From contig CM052816.1 in assembly GCA_028534125.1 (NCBI GenBank), forward strand, positions 26,848,001-26,912,000: a stretch of 64,000 nt of DNA, given 5' to 3'. The stretch's first letter is position 1. The number at the start of each line of letters is the position of its first letter. The DNA is from Lama glama. Lineage: Eukaryota. The position numbers were made by a program, and so were the translations under genes. Positions 12,243 to 24,024 of this stretch are shown piece after piece. A model generated the notes under the pieces. That model saw only the letters and a list, made by a program, of their open reading frames with translations, had not been told where the DNA came from and did no database searches.

Positions 12243-13009
12243 AAGAAACCTGCTTTTATTAAATAAGTGGTAAATTTTTACCAATTTAATCAACTTTTTT
12301 CAACAAATCACCCTAAAAAATACTTTTCTTTGGTGAATTAGGGAAAGTATTTTCTTCTCAAAACATATGCACATGCTTCAAATTCTCAGACACATGTACT
12401 TTTTTTTTAGACAAAAATTGTTTACTAATTCACTAAAGAAAATTCTTCTTCAAAGACCCTTCAAAGCCAGGAATACAATGAGGAAAGCACCCTAAGAAAC
12501 AAAAACAAAAGAAGCACAGCTTCAACTTAGGGGCTTGGTTAATAGGCTACAGAGCCCCCTTCTTTCTGTGTTAGGTCCCAGATTTAAATCAGGACAATGT
12601 GGGAGCAATGGAAGTAGTTTCCATCTGCTGTGCTGCATGAAACAACTGAAATTATGTTCTGAGTCCAGTTACTTGAGACTCCATCACCACTTTAATTGGC
12701 ATGTTTGCTGGAGAATCACAGAAGGAGAAAGTTGAAGACTCACTAAGGGTCAACCTACCAGGTCACCCTTCAGGTGCCCCCTCCTGAAGGCCAGGGATGA
12801 GACACACTACACAGAGGCTGCTGCACGGAATGTCACCCCTTCTATCGATCACGTTTCCATTACCAAGTTCCACAGTTACTTTACACAATCACTAAAATTC
12901 ACTTGGGGATCTAGGGGGGTGGGGTTATACACACACATACACACATTATGTTGCCATTTAAAAAATGCATAATATACCTAATGTTGATGAGACTTTTTTC
13001 TTTTAAATT

Positions 13010-14679
13010 CAAAATCACAGCTAATTACAGAAGAACAATCAATAAAAATGATTGGAACCTATTAGAAAAGATCTTCCATAACTAAATACATAAAGAAGGA
13101 ACCACAAGGAGATGGGTAGGAGGGGTGGACTCATGATATAATCAAATCCATGCCCTTGGGTGGGTGACCCACAAACTGGAGAACTGTTATATTGCAGAGG
13201 TTCTCCCAAAGGAGTGAGAGTTCTGAGCCCCACATCAGACTCCCCAGCCCAGGTGTTTTGCACTAGGAAGAACAGCCCCCAAATTTTTGGGTTTGAAGGC
13301 CAGGGGGATTGCAGGAGCTCCACAGGACTGGAAGAAATAGACTCCACTCTTAAAGGATGCATGTGGAATCTCACACCCACTGGGACCAACCAAGGCTCTT
13401 GTTCAAATTCAATGGAGAAATAAAAAGCTTTACAGACACGGAAAATCTAAAAGAGTTCAGCACCACTGGGCCAGCTTAACAACAAATGCTAAAAGAATTT
13501 CTCTAGATAGTAAAGAAAAGGCCACAATGAGAAACAAGGACATTAAGAAATGGAAAATCTCACCAGTAAAGGCAAACATACAGTAAAGGTAGAAAATCTT
13601 CCACATACAAACTAGTAGGAGTGTTTAAAGACAAAAGCAATAAAATCATCTGTATCCACAATAAGCAGTTAAGGGATACACAAAACAATTAGATACAAAA
13701 TATGATCTGAAGACGATGGGACCAACAAGGGCTTAATTTCCAAAATACAAAAACAGCTCATACAACTCAATAACAAAAAGAACAACCAACCCAATCAAAA
13801 AATAGGCAGAAGACTTAAACAGACATTTCTCCAAAGAAGACATCCAGATGGCCCATAAGAAAAGATGCTCAACATTGCTAATTGTTAGAGAAATGCAAAC
13901 CAAAACTACAATGATTTGTTACCTCACATTAGTCAGAATGGCCATTATTATAAAGTCTACAAATAATAAATGTTGGAGAGAGTGTGGAGAAAAGGGAACC
14001 CTCCTACACTCTTGGTGGGAATGTTGTTTGGTGCAGCCATTATGGCAAACAGAATGGAGATTCCTTAAAAAACTAAAAACAGACTTACCATATGATCCAG
14101 CAATTCCTCTCCTGGGCATATATCTGGAAAAAACTCTTAATTCTAAAAGATGCATGCACCCCAATATTCATAGCAGTACTATCTACAATAGCCAAGATAT
14201 GGAAGCAACTAAAATGACTACCCACAGATAAATGGATAAAGAAGATGTGGTGTACATATACAATGGAATATATAATTCAGCCATAAAAGAATGAAATAAT
14301 GCCATATGCAGCAAAGTGGATGAATCCTGAGATGATGATACTAAGTAAGTCAAACAGAGATTGACAAACATCACATAATATCACTTATATGTGGAATCTA
14401 AACAAACAAACAAACAAAAAGATACAATGAACTTATTTACAAACCAGAAACAGACTCATAGACATAGAAAACAAACTTTGGTTACCAGAGGGGAAGGCAG
14501 GGGAGGATAAATTAGGAGTTTGGGATTAATATATACACACTACTATAAAAGAGATAAACAACAAGGACCTACTATATATCACAGGGAACAATAGTCAATA
14601 TCTTGTAATAACCTATAATGGAAAATAATCTGAAAAAGAATGTGTATACGTATAACTGAATCACTTTGCTGTACACCAG
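13010..14679 (+). mobile_element. Internally deleted L1 (5'UTR + ORF1 C-terminus + inter-ORF spacer + ORF2 C-terminus + 3'UTR)
   Basis: 13390-13506 translates PRLLFKFNGEIKSFTDTENLKEFSTTGPA*QQMLKEFL* (ORF1p C-terminus). ~13720-14350 encodes the ORF2p C-terminus ([11 protein letters not shown]...[18 protein letters not shown]...[13 protein letters not shown]). An L1 3'UTR follows. Confidence 0.85.
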
Positions 14680-15779
14680 TTTCTAAGTGTGGTTTGATTA
14701 CATGCTTTTTTTCCTTTTCGATTATATCTCTGAAGTTAAACTTCTGTAAGTCAATGAAAAAATATTTTAAAATGTGGGTTTATATTCACTTTTTCAAGAA
14801 TGGACCTAAAAAACAAATAAGCTTAAGCTAAAGAAGAACTTAACCCATATTTCAAGTTGAATGATCTGTCTTCCGAAGCTTATACCTTACAAAGTTATTC
14901 ACTTTCAATCAAAGCAAAAAAATTTTTTCCCTGTGTCTAATAACTTTTAAGTGCCTTCCAAATACAGATGGAGATTCCATACACAAATAAAGTTTTAAGT
15001 CCAGTGTTACAAGTAGTTTGGATCACTAAAGTGTTATGCTAAGAATCCGATACCCATGAAGGTACACTTTTGGTTGTGGAGAAGATGCTAACAACTTTTT
15101 TCTCATATCTTTGAAAACATCTAAATTTCAGAAAATTCTAAATGTTTTTAAAAGAAAAATACATTCCTTCAAATAAACCATTGCTTAAAGAAAGAGGACA
15201 ATTCTCTAAATAATTACCACTATAGAAGAGCTGTGTGAGAGTTGGGTATGATTAAATTTATGTGTGTACCTATTTTTTTAATATAATTCTTCTTTGCAAA
15301 GAAAATTCATGATACCAGAAAGGACCCAAAATGATTAAAATCAGCGATAAAAGAACAACAACAACAACAAAAATTAGAGCAAGAGCAAAAATCAAAGACA
15401 AAGGAAACCTAAGTTTCCTAAGCTGCAAAGATCAAAAGGGTTTACTGTCTCTCAGGGAAAATAATACACCTAATACTCTGGATTTTTTAAAATCACAATA
15501 ATGAAAAAGAGAGCAGTGCCAATATCCTGATGGAAAAAAGCAGGAACAAAGATCGGGATGATCCCCAACTTTTTCTATGCCACACTAAATGCCTCTCCTC
15601 CCCAAAAAGTAGAGCAATGTCTGCAGAGTTTTATAATCATCCAAATTATTATCCACATGTAAAGACAACAAAAAGGCAATCTGAGTTGTAGGCAAACTCA
15701 GAAAACAAATAACCCACACATTTACTTTGGGAAAAAAATTTTCTTCAGATGTAGAATTGTTAAAATTTAGTAGAACTCA

Positions 15780-15918
15780 GGGGGAAGGGTAGAGCTCAGT
15801 GGTAGAGAACATGCTTATTAGCACACACAAGGTCCTGTGTTCAATCCCCAGGACCTCCATAAAAACAAACAAATGAACAAACAAACAAACAAACAAACCT
15901 AATTACTACCCCCCCAAA
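15780..15918 (+). mobile_element. tRNA-Ala-derived SINE (vic-1-like), long form
   Basis: A/B-box tRNA head, (AAAC)n linker, CTAATTACTACCCCCCC tail; TSD AGAACTCA at 15772-15779 and 15922-15929. Confidence 0.9.
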
Positions 15919-16149
15919 TTAAGAACTCAAAAATACAGTAATATAAAAAGCCAGCCATTGTTTTTGTTATCATCAAAGACTCTGGTCTGGGGAAGGAGTA
16001 AATGAATACAAAGGAAGACATTATAAAGAGGCTGCTACTCTAAGAGGCTGAGAAACCCACCCTGGTTCCACTGCCATTTGGGTCTGGTCTTCTCACACAC
16101 TGCCCTGTTGCTCTCCTCTACAAAGAAAGGGTTTGTAGCTGAAGTAGCC

Positions 16150-17450
16150 TGGTACACAGTGCAACAAAAGAATACACAAATTAAAAAAAAACCTGGTTCA
16201 AAATGTTGGCATCACATGCCTTCAAAGTTTGATGGTGAATGATCTTTAACCTTTTGCCTATATCCAGGCAAATTTTCTACCAGGAAGGTGGGAAAGTGCT
16301 CTTTTCAGACATGCAAGAGTGAGAAAATTTTGTGTACTATGTGCACATTCAGAAAATTTTCTTTTAAGCTCCCCTACCCCTAACAGAATTCAAAAAAGAA
16401 GTCAAGAAACTGTGGACCTAATCTAGAAATAAAATAGGGGGGTGGTGGGGGTGGGAATCCTAAAATGCCAGCTATGCAGCCTAAAAAGTATTCCAATTAG
16501 AATAAGAAGCCAAAGGGTTCCATGAGGAATGCTTTCAAGAAGAAAATGGGTATGATTAATACCTATTATAATAATAAAGTTTTAATGATGTTGTCAAAGC
16601 ATTCACCTTACTATCAAGAAAAACAAAGTGCTTAAGAATTCCATAAAATTAAACAAAACTGTATACAACATACAGTTCCAAATACAAAGCAAAACAAATG
16701 GAACATGACTTACTGCAGTTTACAAAATGAGAGTCCATGTGAAGTAATGCTTGAAACATTCCCCACTGAGCAGCACAGACTTAGTCATTTATAAGGCCAC
16801 CTTTCCTTCCTTAGAGTTCCAAAATATGATTATACAGTGAAATATAAACATGAAATGTACACATACATACATATTTATAACATTGAGAACATTAATTCTT
16901 GTACTCAGCTTTAGAATCAGTCTATACAACATAGAGGACAATTTTTTACAGAATGGATTGTAAGTATTTTTGGTCAGTGTTAAAAATAGTGGCATAACGA
17001 GTAGAAAACAGGAGATGAAGGGGGAAGGATTGGGTGTGAAGGAAGTAAATGAGGTCCAAATATTTTCATCTTGTTTAAGGACACTGTTTAAAGATTGGTG
17101 AATGAAGAGGGTGGTTCAAGTTACAAATTTACAAATATAAAGGTATAATGTTAATTTTAATAATGAAATTAAAATCATATACATAGTGAAAATTGAGGGT
17201 GGACAGACATGAAATACAGATGTGGAGTGAATTCGACTCATATTTCTAAACGAGAGGCACAGAGATTTCCTAAGATTCAAACTTCAAGAAATAGAGATCC
17301 AGATATGTTATTTAGAGTCATAATGCTTAAAACAAATGAGCAACTTTTCAACTAACTTCTGGTTCTGGAAGGTACTAGATATTTTATTTTTCCTTTGACA
17401 TGTAGGGTTTATGCAGAGTTAGAAATTATTCCATGTATATGTATTACTTT
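16150..17450 (+). mobile_element. Ancient HAL1/L1M-like remnant
   Basis: atgccttcaaagttt...tatatccaggcaaattttc...ttttcagacatgcaag resembles an old L1/HAL1 ORF1 3' end. Confidence 0.4.
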
Positions 17451-19153
17451 CGGATATCCTAGTATGACATCATCTCTCCCCAAAATGTTTTAGTTTTAAA
17501 TCTCTCTGGTTATAAAGGAAAGATTTTCTTGAGTTTATTGATATTTATAGAACTACAGGTTTTCAGTCTAAACCCTACTACTGACTAATTTTGGCTGCAG
17601 CTCCCTGACTGACTGCTTGATTACAAAAAGTCTTCATTTTTCTTTTCCTCTTAAGCCATATCTATGACACAAAACCAATCCATCAATTAAGGGGGAGGGA
17701 AAAAAGGCACTCAAATACATCAGGTCATACATATTGATTGGTTAATGTAGTTTTTCATTAGTTTCAATATCATATAGCTTTGATTTAGATTTTCTATAAA
17801 ATGTGAATACTGCTAGTTCTTTGCTTACCTGACCTGTTATGGCAATAAATCACATATTATGTTAAATAATTAAGCATTCAAGACAGATGCTGTATGAACT
17901 TTATTATTCTATGTTATGATCTTCTCTGAAAAAAGGAAAATAGATAAATAAATTTTACCTGCACAACTGACTAACTTGGGTAAATCTCTAAATATCTTGG
18001 AGCCATAGTATCTTCTTTAATAAAATCAAATGTCTACTGTATAAGTGTGTCAGATAATAAACATCTTGGTGCTTTGTAAGATGGTCTGAAATGGAATGAA
18101 GAACTGCTAACTTTGAAGCAGTCAACAAAGACACCAGTAGGAAGCACAGAAGGTCTCTCGTGGGCATTTGAGGACAGCTTTCCTCACAGGCTACTTAAGG
18201 AGCAGATCTGTGGTTGAAATAGTTTGAGATGTAGAGGAACAAAAATCCATCATCTGTCTCTCAAACTACTTGGCTACTGATTGCATCTCATCACAAGCTC
18301 TTGGCTTCTGCAAAAAGGAGCAACTCGTCCACCTCCCTCCAAAATCCTCCAGAATCTGCGCTAACACATCAACCCCTTCTTGTTTTCCACAGCTCCTCTG
18401 GACAAGCCAATCAGAGCCAACTGCGTCTGATATCCTCCCCACTCTAGCCATGGCCCACAGAGAGCACACTCACCTACCCTAGGGCTTCTGCTCAGGTGGG
18501 AGCCTCCCTAGACCAAGGAGTCCTATCCTGTCCTCTGTTCAGCAATCAAGTGAAACTCCACCTCCACCCCAGAGCCTTCTGGAACTTTAGGCATCACTGT
18601 TTTCCATACCTTACTCTTAAAAAGATCATCTAAATGGCATGATGAGATTATTTAAAATACAGTCCCACTCTCTCATTTTCAGGAAATGTACTCCTATAGA
18701 CTATTTCATATAAATATGTATTATGTGCCCCAACGGAATTTTTTTAGGGGACAATAATCATCAAGAAGAACCTGTTGTTTTGAGATGTTCTGAGGAAGCA
18801 TTTATATCATAATGCTAGTTGAAAAAGCAGTATAAAACATTTTATTCATACTATGCTGTTGTTTATATAAAATATACATAAAATAGGTCCAAATGACATC
18901 TGAATGGCAGAATTACAAATGACTATAATTTTCTCTAAAATCGACATTTTTTTTCACCAGAGCATGTATTATTCTTACAATAAGGAGAAAGCTTAATCAA
19001 ATTTCTGCCTTCTAAAGTTATACTAGACTAAATATAATACGTGGTAATTATTCATTTTTAATACATCTATCAAGTTCCTATGAAGTTCATTTATGTCTTT
19101 GCACCGATATTCACTCAGCACCTGCTATGTCCAAGCACTTGGCTGCACTGTAT

Positions 19154-19155
<2 letters not shown>

Positions 19156-19212
<57 letters not shown>
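19156..19212 (+). repeat. Perfect (CAG)19 trinucleotide repeat; (CUG)19 in the SNX24 pre-mRNA
   Basis: 19 uninterrupted CAG units counted directly. Confidence 0.97.
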
Positions 19213-19213
<1 letters not shown>

Positions 19214-19445
19214 TACCGTTCCGGAGCGTGTACTGCGCACTGGGCAATGCGCAATGCTCAAAGCACTCTCCCTTACTAACTCATTTAATCCACACAACAC
19301 CCTATGATGGAGGTACTCTTATTCTTCCCAATCCATAGTGAGGAAACCAAATCAGAGAAAATTACATAACTTAAAGGCACAAAGCTAGGAACTGATTCAT
19401 AAGCCCAGGACAGGCTGGTTCGAAAGCCACAATCCTAAACCCTGT
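19213..19445 (-). mobile_element. MIR SINE
   Basis: taactcatttaatccacacaacaccctatga...ggtactcttattcttcccaat...gaggaaacc core. Confidence 0.75.
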
Positions 19446-20184
19446 AATTCTATAACTAAAGACAATGGTGGGTAAACTCATAGTCCTAGTCTTCACGGTG
19501 CTTACATACTAGAAAGAAAGAGCGTGATTAAGAGAATAGTCAAAACAATATCAAATTATGAGCTATGATAACTACTAATAAAGAAAAGTATAAAGAGGTA
19601 TCTGAGCTATACTCAATATAAAATTCTGACTCTAAAAAAAGCCGAGTGCTTGAGAGAGAACAGAATTTCCTCTCCGGTATCAGGGGACATTTCTCTCAAG
19701 AGCTGACGTTTCTGAACAGATCTACAGTAAAAGCAGGCAAAGAGGAGGGGCAAGCATTGTAGGCAAATCAGGTGCAAAGGCCCTGAAGCAAAAGAGGAGG
19801 GAAGAAGCTGAATGTAGCACAGCCCGAGGTAAGGAGAGCACTTCGGTAAGCTGAGGGGAAACAAAAGGCTAACTCTATCAACTGCTCAATAATGATTACT
19901 TCTAGCAGGATCAGTTCTAATCACTGCAGATAAAACAGTGAACATCTGCACTGAAGTTAAGTCAGTGCAGATAAACAAAGACAAAGATCCCTAACAAACC
20001 TTACTTACATTTTAATGGAAAGAGGACAGACAATCACACAAATAAATGCATATTAGCTGATGACAAGTGCTACAGAGAAAAATCAGGGTAATGAGAACAG
20101 GGGCTGGATGAGCGTGTGTATGGCTAGTATATGGGCTGGTCAGGGAAGGTCTTACTGATAAAGGTGTATCTGAGCAGAGAACTT

Positions 20185-20697
20185 TTATTAGTTTTTCATT
20201 CCTGCTGTAACAAACACAATATCCATTTATTATCTCACAGTTTCACAGGTCAGAAGTCCAGGGCACTTGACTGGTTTCTCCACTGGGCTAAAATCAAGGT
20301 ACTAGCATGGTGGTTCACTAGGAGAAAAGGTTTCTGTTTCCTTGTGGTTCTAGGACTGTGGTCCCAGTTTTCTTGCTGGCTATCAGCTAAAGGCAAAGTT
20401 CCCAGCTTTTAGAAGTTACCTTTATTCCTTGGCTCATGGTCCTCTTTCTTGGTCTTCAAAGGGAGCAACAGAAGATCAAGTCTTTCTCATATCACATTTC
20501 TCTGGCCTGCTTTTTCGCTTCCTCTTCCACTTTTAAGTGGAAGACTCGTGTGATTATTTTAGCCCCACACAGATAATCAACAACTGTCTTTGTGATCTCA
20601 AGGTCCTTGATCCATTAAGTCCCTTCTGCATGTCAACTAACATATTCTCAGGATTAGGGTGTAGACATTTTGGAGGTCCATTATTCCCTTTACCGCA
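20185..20697 (-). mobile_element. MaLR solo LTR (MLT1D/E-like), inserted among L2 remnants
   Basis: tattagttttt...ctgctgtaacaaa, atttattatctcacagtt...ggtcagaagtcca, ggattagggtgtagacattttggagg.ccattatt. Confidence 0.75.
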
Positions 20698-20699
20698 CA

Positions 20700-21185
20700 C
20701 CTGAAGGAAGAGAGAATATCTGGTTGTGGTGGGTGGGGTGGTCCAGGCAGATGGAAGATTAAATGTGTGACATGTTTATGTGCCTAGACTGATAAGTGGG
20801 GAAGAGTTAGAAATGAGATCTGAGTGGTGGAAAGAGGTGAGTGGAAGGAGAAGCAACAGGACAGATTGACAACTGGAAATGGAGTGCATTTAAAGAAAAA
20901 AAGGGAATCTAATTTAACGGTGAGGTTTAGGGTCTGAGCAACTTAAAGGCTGATAGGGCCAATAATTGACCTGGGAAGAGTCTATGGGGGCAAACAGGAG
21001 CTAAGCACTGGCGGTGTTAAGTCTGTGGGGCATGTTAGACATCAAATGGAGATACTGAGTAGGACTGAATTTACATGTCTGGGGCTTAGGGAGAGGTCTT
21101 GGCCAGGGAAATAAATATGGGAGTCATCAAAGTGTGAACATGATTTAAAGTCAGAAGACTGGCTCTGATCACCTAGGAAGAAAAG
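20700..21185 (-). mobile_element. L2 LINE fragment
   Basis: ttagacatcaaatggagatactgagtagg...gtctggggcttagggagaggtcttggccagggaaataaatatgggagtcatca. Confidence 0.65.
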
Positions 21186-21579
21186 TTTATTTCGAGGTCT
21201 TGAGATCATGTTATGGCTTACAGTCCTCCATTTTAGCATGAGAAGCCTTTGTTGCATTTTAAGAGTCTCCCTTTCCAAATCACACTTCTCCAGCTCCTAC
21301 AGCTGTCCTTCAGGAAACCTGGGCTTTAGGCCTGCACTACTGACCACCTTGTCACTGTTTCCCCTAAAATGGAGAATCCAGGACTTAAGGAAATATAGCC
21401 ACTCCCCAATTAGTCCATGGATTGTGTCCCCAAATCCATAGTTGAGGTAGTTTAAAATTCAGCACGGATTTTCTCAGAATCAGTATAAAGGACAGATTTT
21501 AACCCATAAAAAAACCTGGTTTAACCCCTAATATGCATAAATTACTATACTAGTGTTTTTATTTCACTCACCAGCTTTG

Positions 21580-21850
21580 CAGTATAACATAGTGGTTTAG
21601 AGTTCTGGCTCTTGAATCAAACTGCCTGAGGTTTGAAGCCTGTGTCTTCTGTTGATCTCCTCTGATTTGGGCCAAGTTGTTTAACTTTTACAACCCTCAC
21701 TTCTCCACCTATAACATGAAGTTTGTAACGATACCTTTCAAATTGGTTTGTTGTAAGCATTAAATAGGATTATCGATGTAAACTATTCACCATATTGCCT
21801 GGCATTTAGCAAGAATCCAAACAAGAATGTTATCTATTAATATGATTATT
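21580..21850 (+). mobile_element. MIR SINE
   Basis: atagtggtttagagttctggctcttgaatcaaactgcctg...ttgggccaagttgtttaact...ttctccacctataa. Confidence 0.75.
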
Positions 21851-22469
21851 AACATCTAGTCATTGCTCCAACTGTTTCTTTATCAGCACAGGGGAGGGGA
21901 GACTTGGTGGTGAACAGGGAGGAAAAAAGATGATTCCACGTAAGTGTACCTTGCCATATCCACCCATCTCTACAAGATAGAAGGTACTTTTCTCTCCATC
22001 ACTGGAGCTGGTTGAGCCTGCACTACGTACGTGTGGTGGGCCTCTGCACTCACCTGTGTTAGTGGCCACTCAGAACCCCGTGTTCCTAATGAGGCCTGAC
22101 CACTAAGACCCAGTAGAACCCTGACTTCCCTCAATCTTAGTTTAAGATTCTATATCTTCAACCTGTATTCTTAAAATGTTTTTGGAAGCTGTATCTCACT
22201 CACTGTTGGCTCTCAGTGCCCTTGAGGTCAAACAAAACCCCCAGGTCTTCCCTAAGAGTTCTGGAACAAATGATTGTGAAAAACTGATGTTAAGCTTATA
22301 AATGACCTGTTAAATAGTATTAAGTCGATTTCAACACATCATACAAGGATTTTGCAACTTGTCTGAAAACTGATGCTGTCAACTCAATCATGAGGCAGGG
22401 TTTTTGCCAAGTTTTGTGTCATTTGCAAATCTGAAGTGCCTTCCTTCATCCAGGACCAAGATCTTACTT

Positions 22470-23110
22470 TACAACCTCCCAGGGCTCTACTCTTGCCCTG
22501 AAACAATCTATGTCTCACAGCAGCCAAAGTGGCCCTTTTCAAGCCTCTATCAGATCACATGACTGCTCTGCTTAACTCCTTCCAGTGGGTTTCCATCACT
22601 CCTTAAACAAAATTTGAGTCCCTAACCAAGTCTACAAGGCCTCATAAAAGCCGACTTCAGAGTCCCTCTCTCTTCATCTCCTAACATGCCCTCTTCCTCA
22701 TCCTGGTCTATCCACATCCATCTCCTTACTGACCATCAAATGCACATTCCCCACTCTAGGCTTTGCAGTGCTTTCTTCCTACTGAGAAAGCATTCTTTTC
22801 ATTTTGTTACTATTCCAGGTCACCTTCTTGGAGAGGTGTTACCTAGGCACTCCATCTACAACAGGGACTTTAGCTCCCCATCATTCTCCATCCCCAGAAC
22901 TGGCTTTATTTTTCTTCTCTGAATTTACCAATCTGGCATTAACACACACACACATACACTGTTGGTTGTTGGTTTACTGTTGGTTCTGCCACTAAATTAT
23001 AAGCTCCCTAAGGACAGGAACTTCATCTATTTTGTTCACTGTTGTAACTCCGCTGCCTTAAACAGCACCAGGCAACAAAGCAGGTTGAATCTGTGAAATA
23101 AATGAGGAAG
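22470..23110 (+). mobile_element. L2 LINE 3' end
   Basis: cacagcagccaaagtg...tcagatcacatgactgctctgctt...aagctccctaaggacaggaact...ttgttcactgttgta. Confidence 0.75.
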
Positions 23111-23429
23111 GAAAGAAGGAAAAGCAAGCAAGCAAATAATGAACAGTAGGACAACACACTGGGAAGAACATGTATACACCTCATTCCAGCTCAGCAGTCT
23201 GATAGTGAAAAGGGTAAGATGAGTTATTTTTGTTAGAAAGAACTGTCAGGTAAGTTAGACGTGATAGAGGCAGACAGTGCAGAATAAGATGGTTTCCTGT
23301 AGAAAATGTGTTGCAGCTGGTCAAAAGAATATTGTTCATGGGGACCTGAAAGCTATGGAAATAGCTTTGAAATATAGCCCTTTTATTAAAAAGAAACTAT
23401 CAGTCTTAATAATTACTACAGTTTGAAGA

Positions 23430-23670
23430 AGCTACATGATATGGTAGAAAGAAGAATCTGGAGTCAGACACACCCGACACCCAGATCTGCTGCCTGTTAG
23501 ATGTGATTCCTTACAGATATGACCTATCCACTTTGAGCCTTAATTCCATCATATGGAAAAGGGGGGTGATAATACCTATTTCTTAGGGCTTGTGATGGAG
23601 TAAATCAATAAAACAAAATTTATAAAGCAGTTAGCATGTAGCCTGGCACATGACAGGTGCTCAACACCTT
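23430..23670 (+). mobile_element. MIR SINE
   Basis: tggagtcagaca...tgagccttaattccatcatatggaaaagggggtgataatacct...gcctggcacatgacaggtgctcaa. Confidence 0.7.
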
Positions 23671-24024
23671 CTAGTCTCTTCCTGAATATCACTGAGTTTC
23701 TCACAAATCTAAATGAATGTGAGGCTATTAAAAGTCCCCATTTCTCTAACACATCATGAAGTCCTATGATGCACTATGCTTATTTCTTAAAAAACATAAT
23801 TCTCACAAAAAATTATGCAATTTATAAGATCAAAAATGTTAAAGTGTTCTATGTAGATATACATATACACACATACAAATATATATATGTAGATAAACAG
23901 AAATTAGGCAGGTAATTAACCAAAAAAGGTGCAAAGGGTAAGCTTCAGTGGTGGAGAATTACTGGTCATTCATGATAAGTCAGGCTCTTTTCTATATGCA
24001 TCAAGATGAGATCCAAAATTGAAT

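Noticed and set aside
19080..19307. Poly-alanine ORFs on both strands
   Set aside because: They are produced by the (CAG)19 tract and adjacent MIR sequence, with no gene context.
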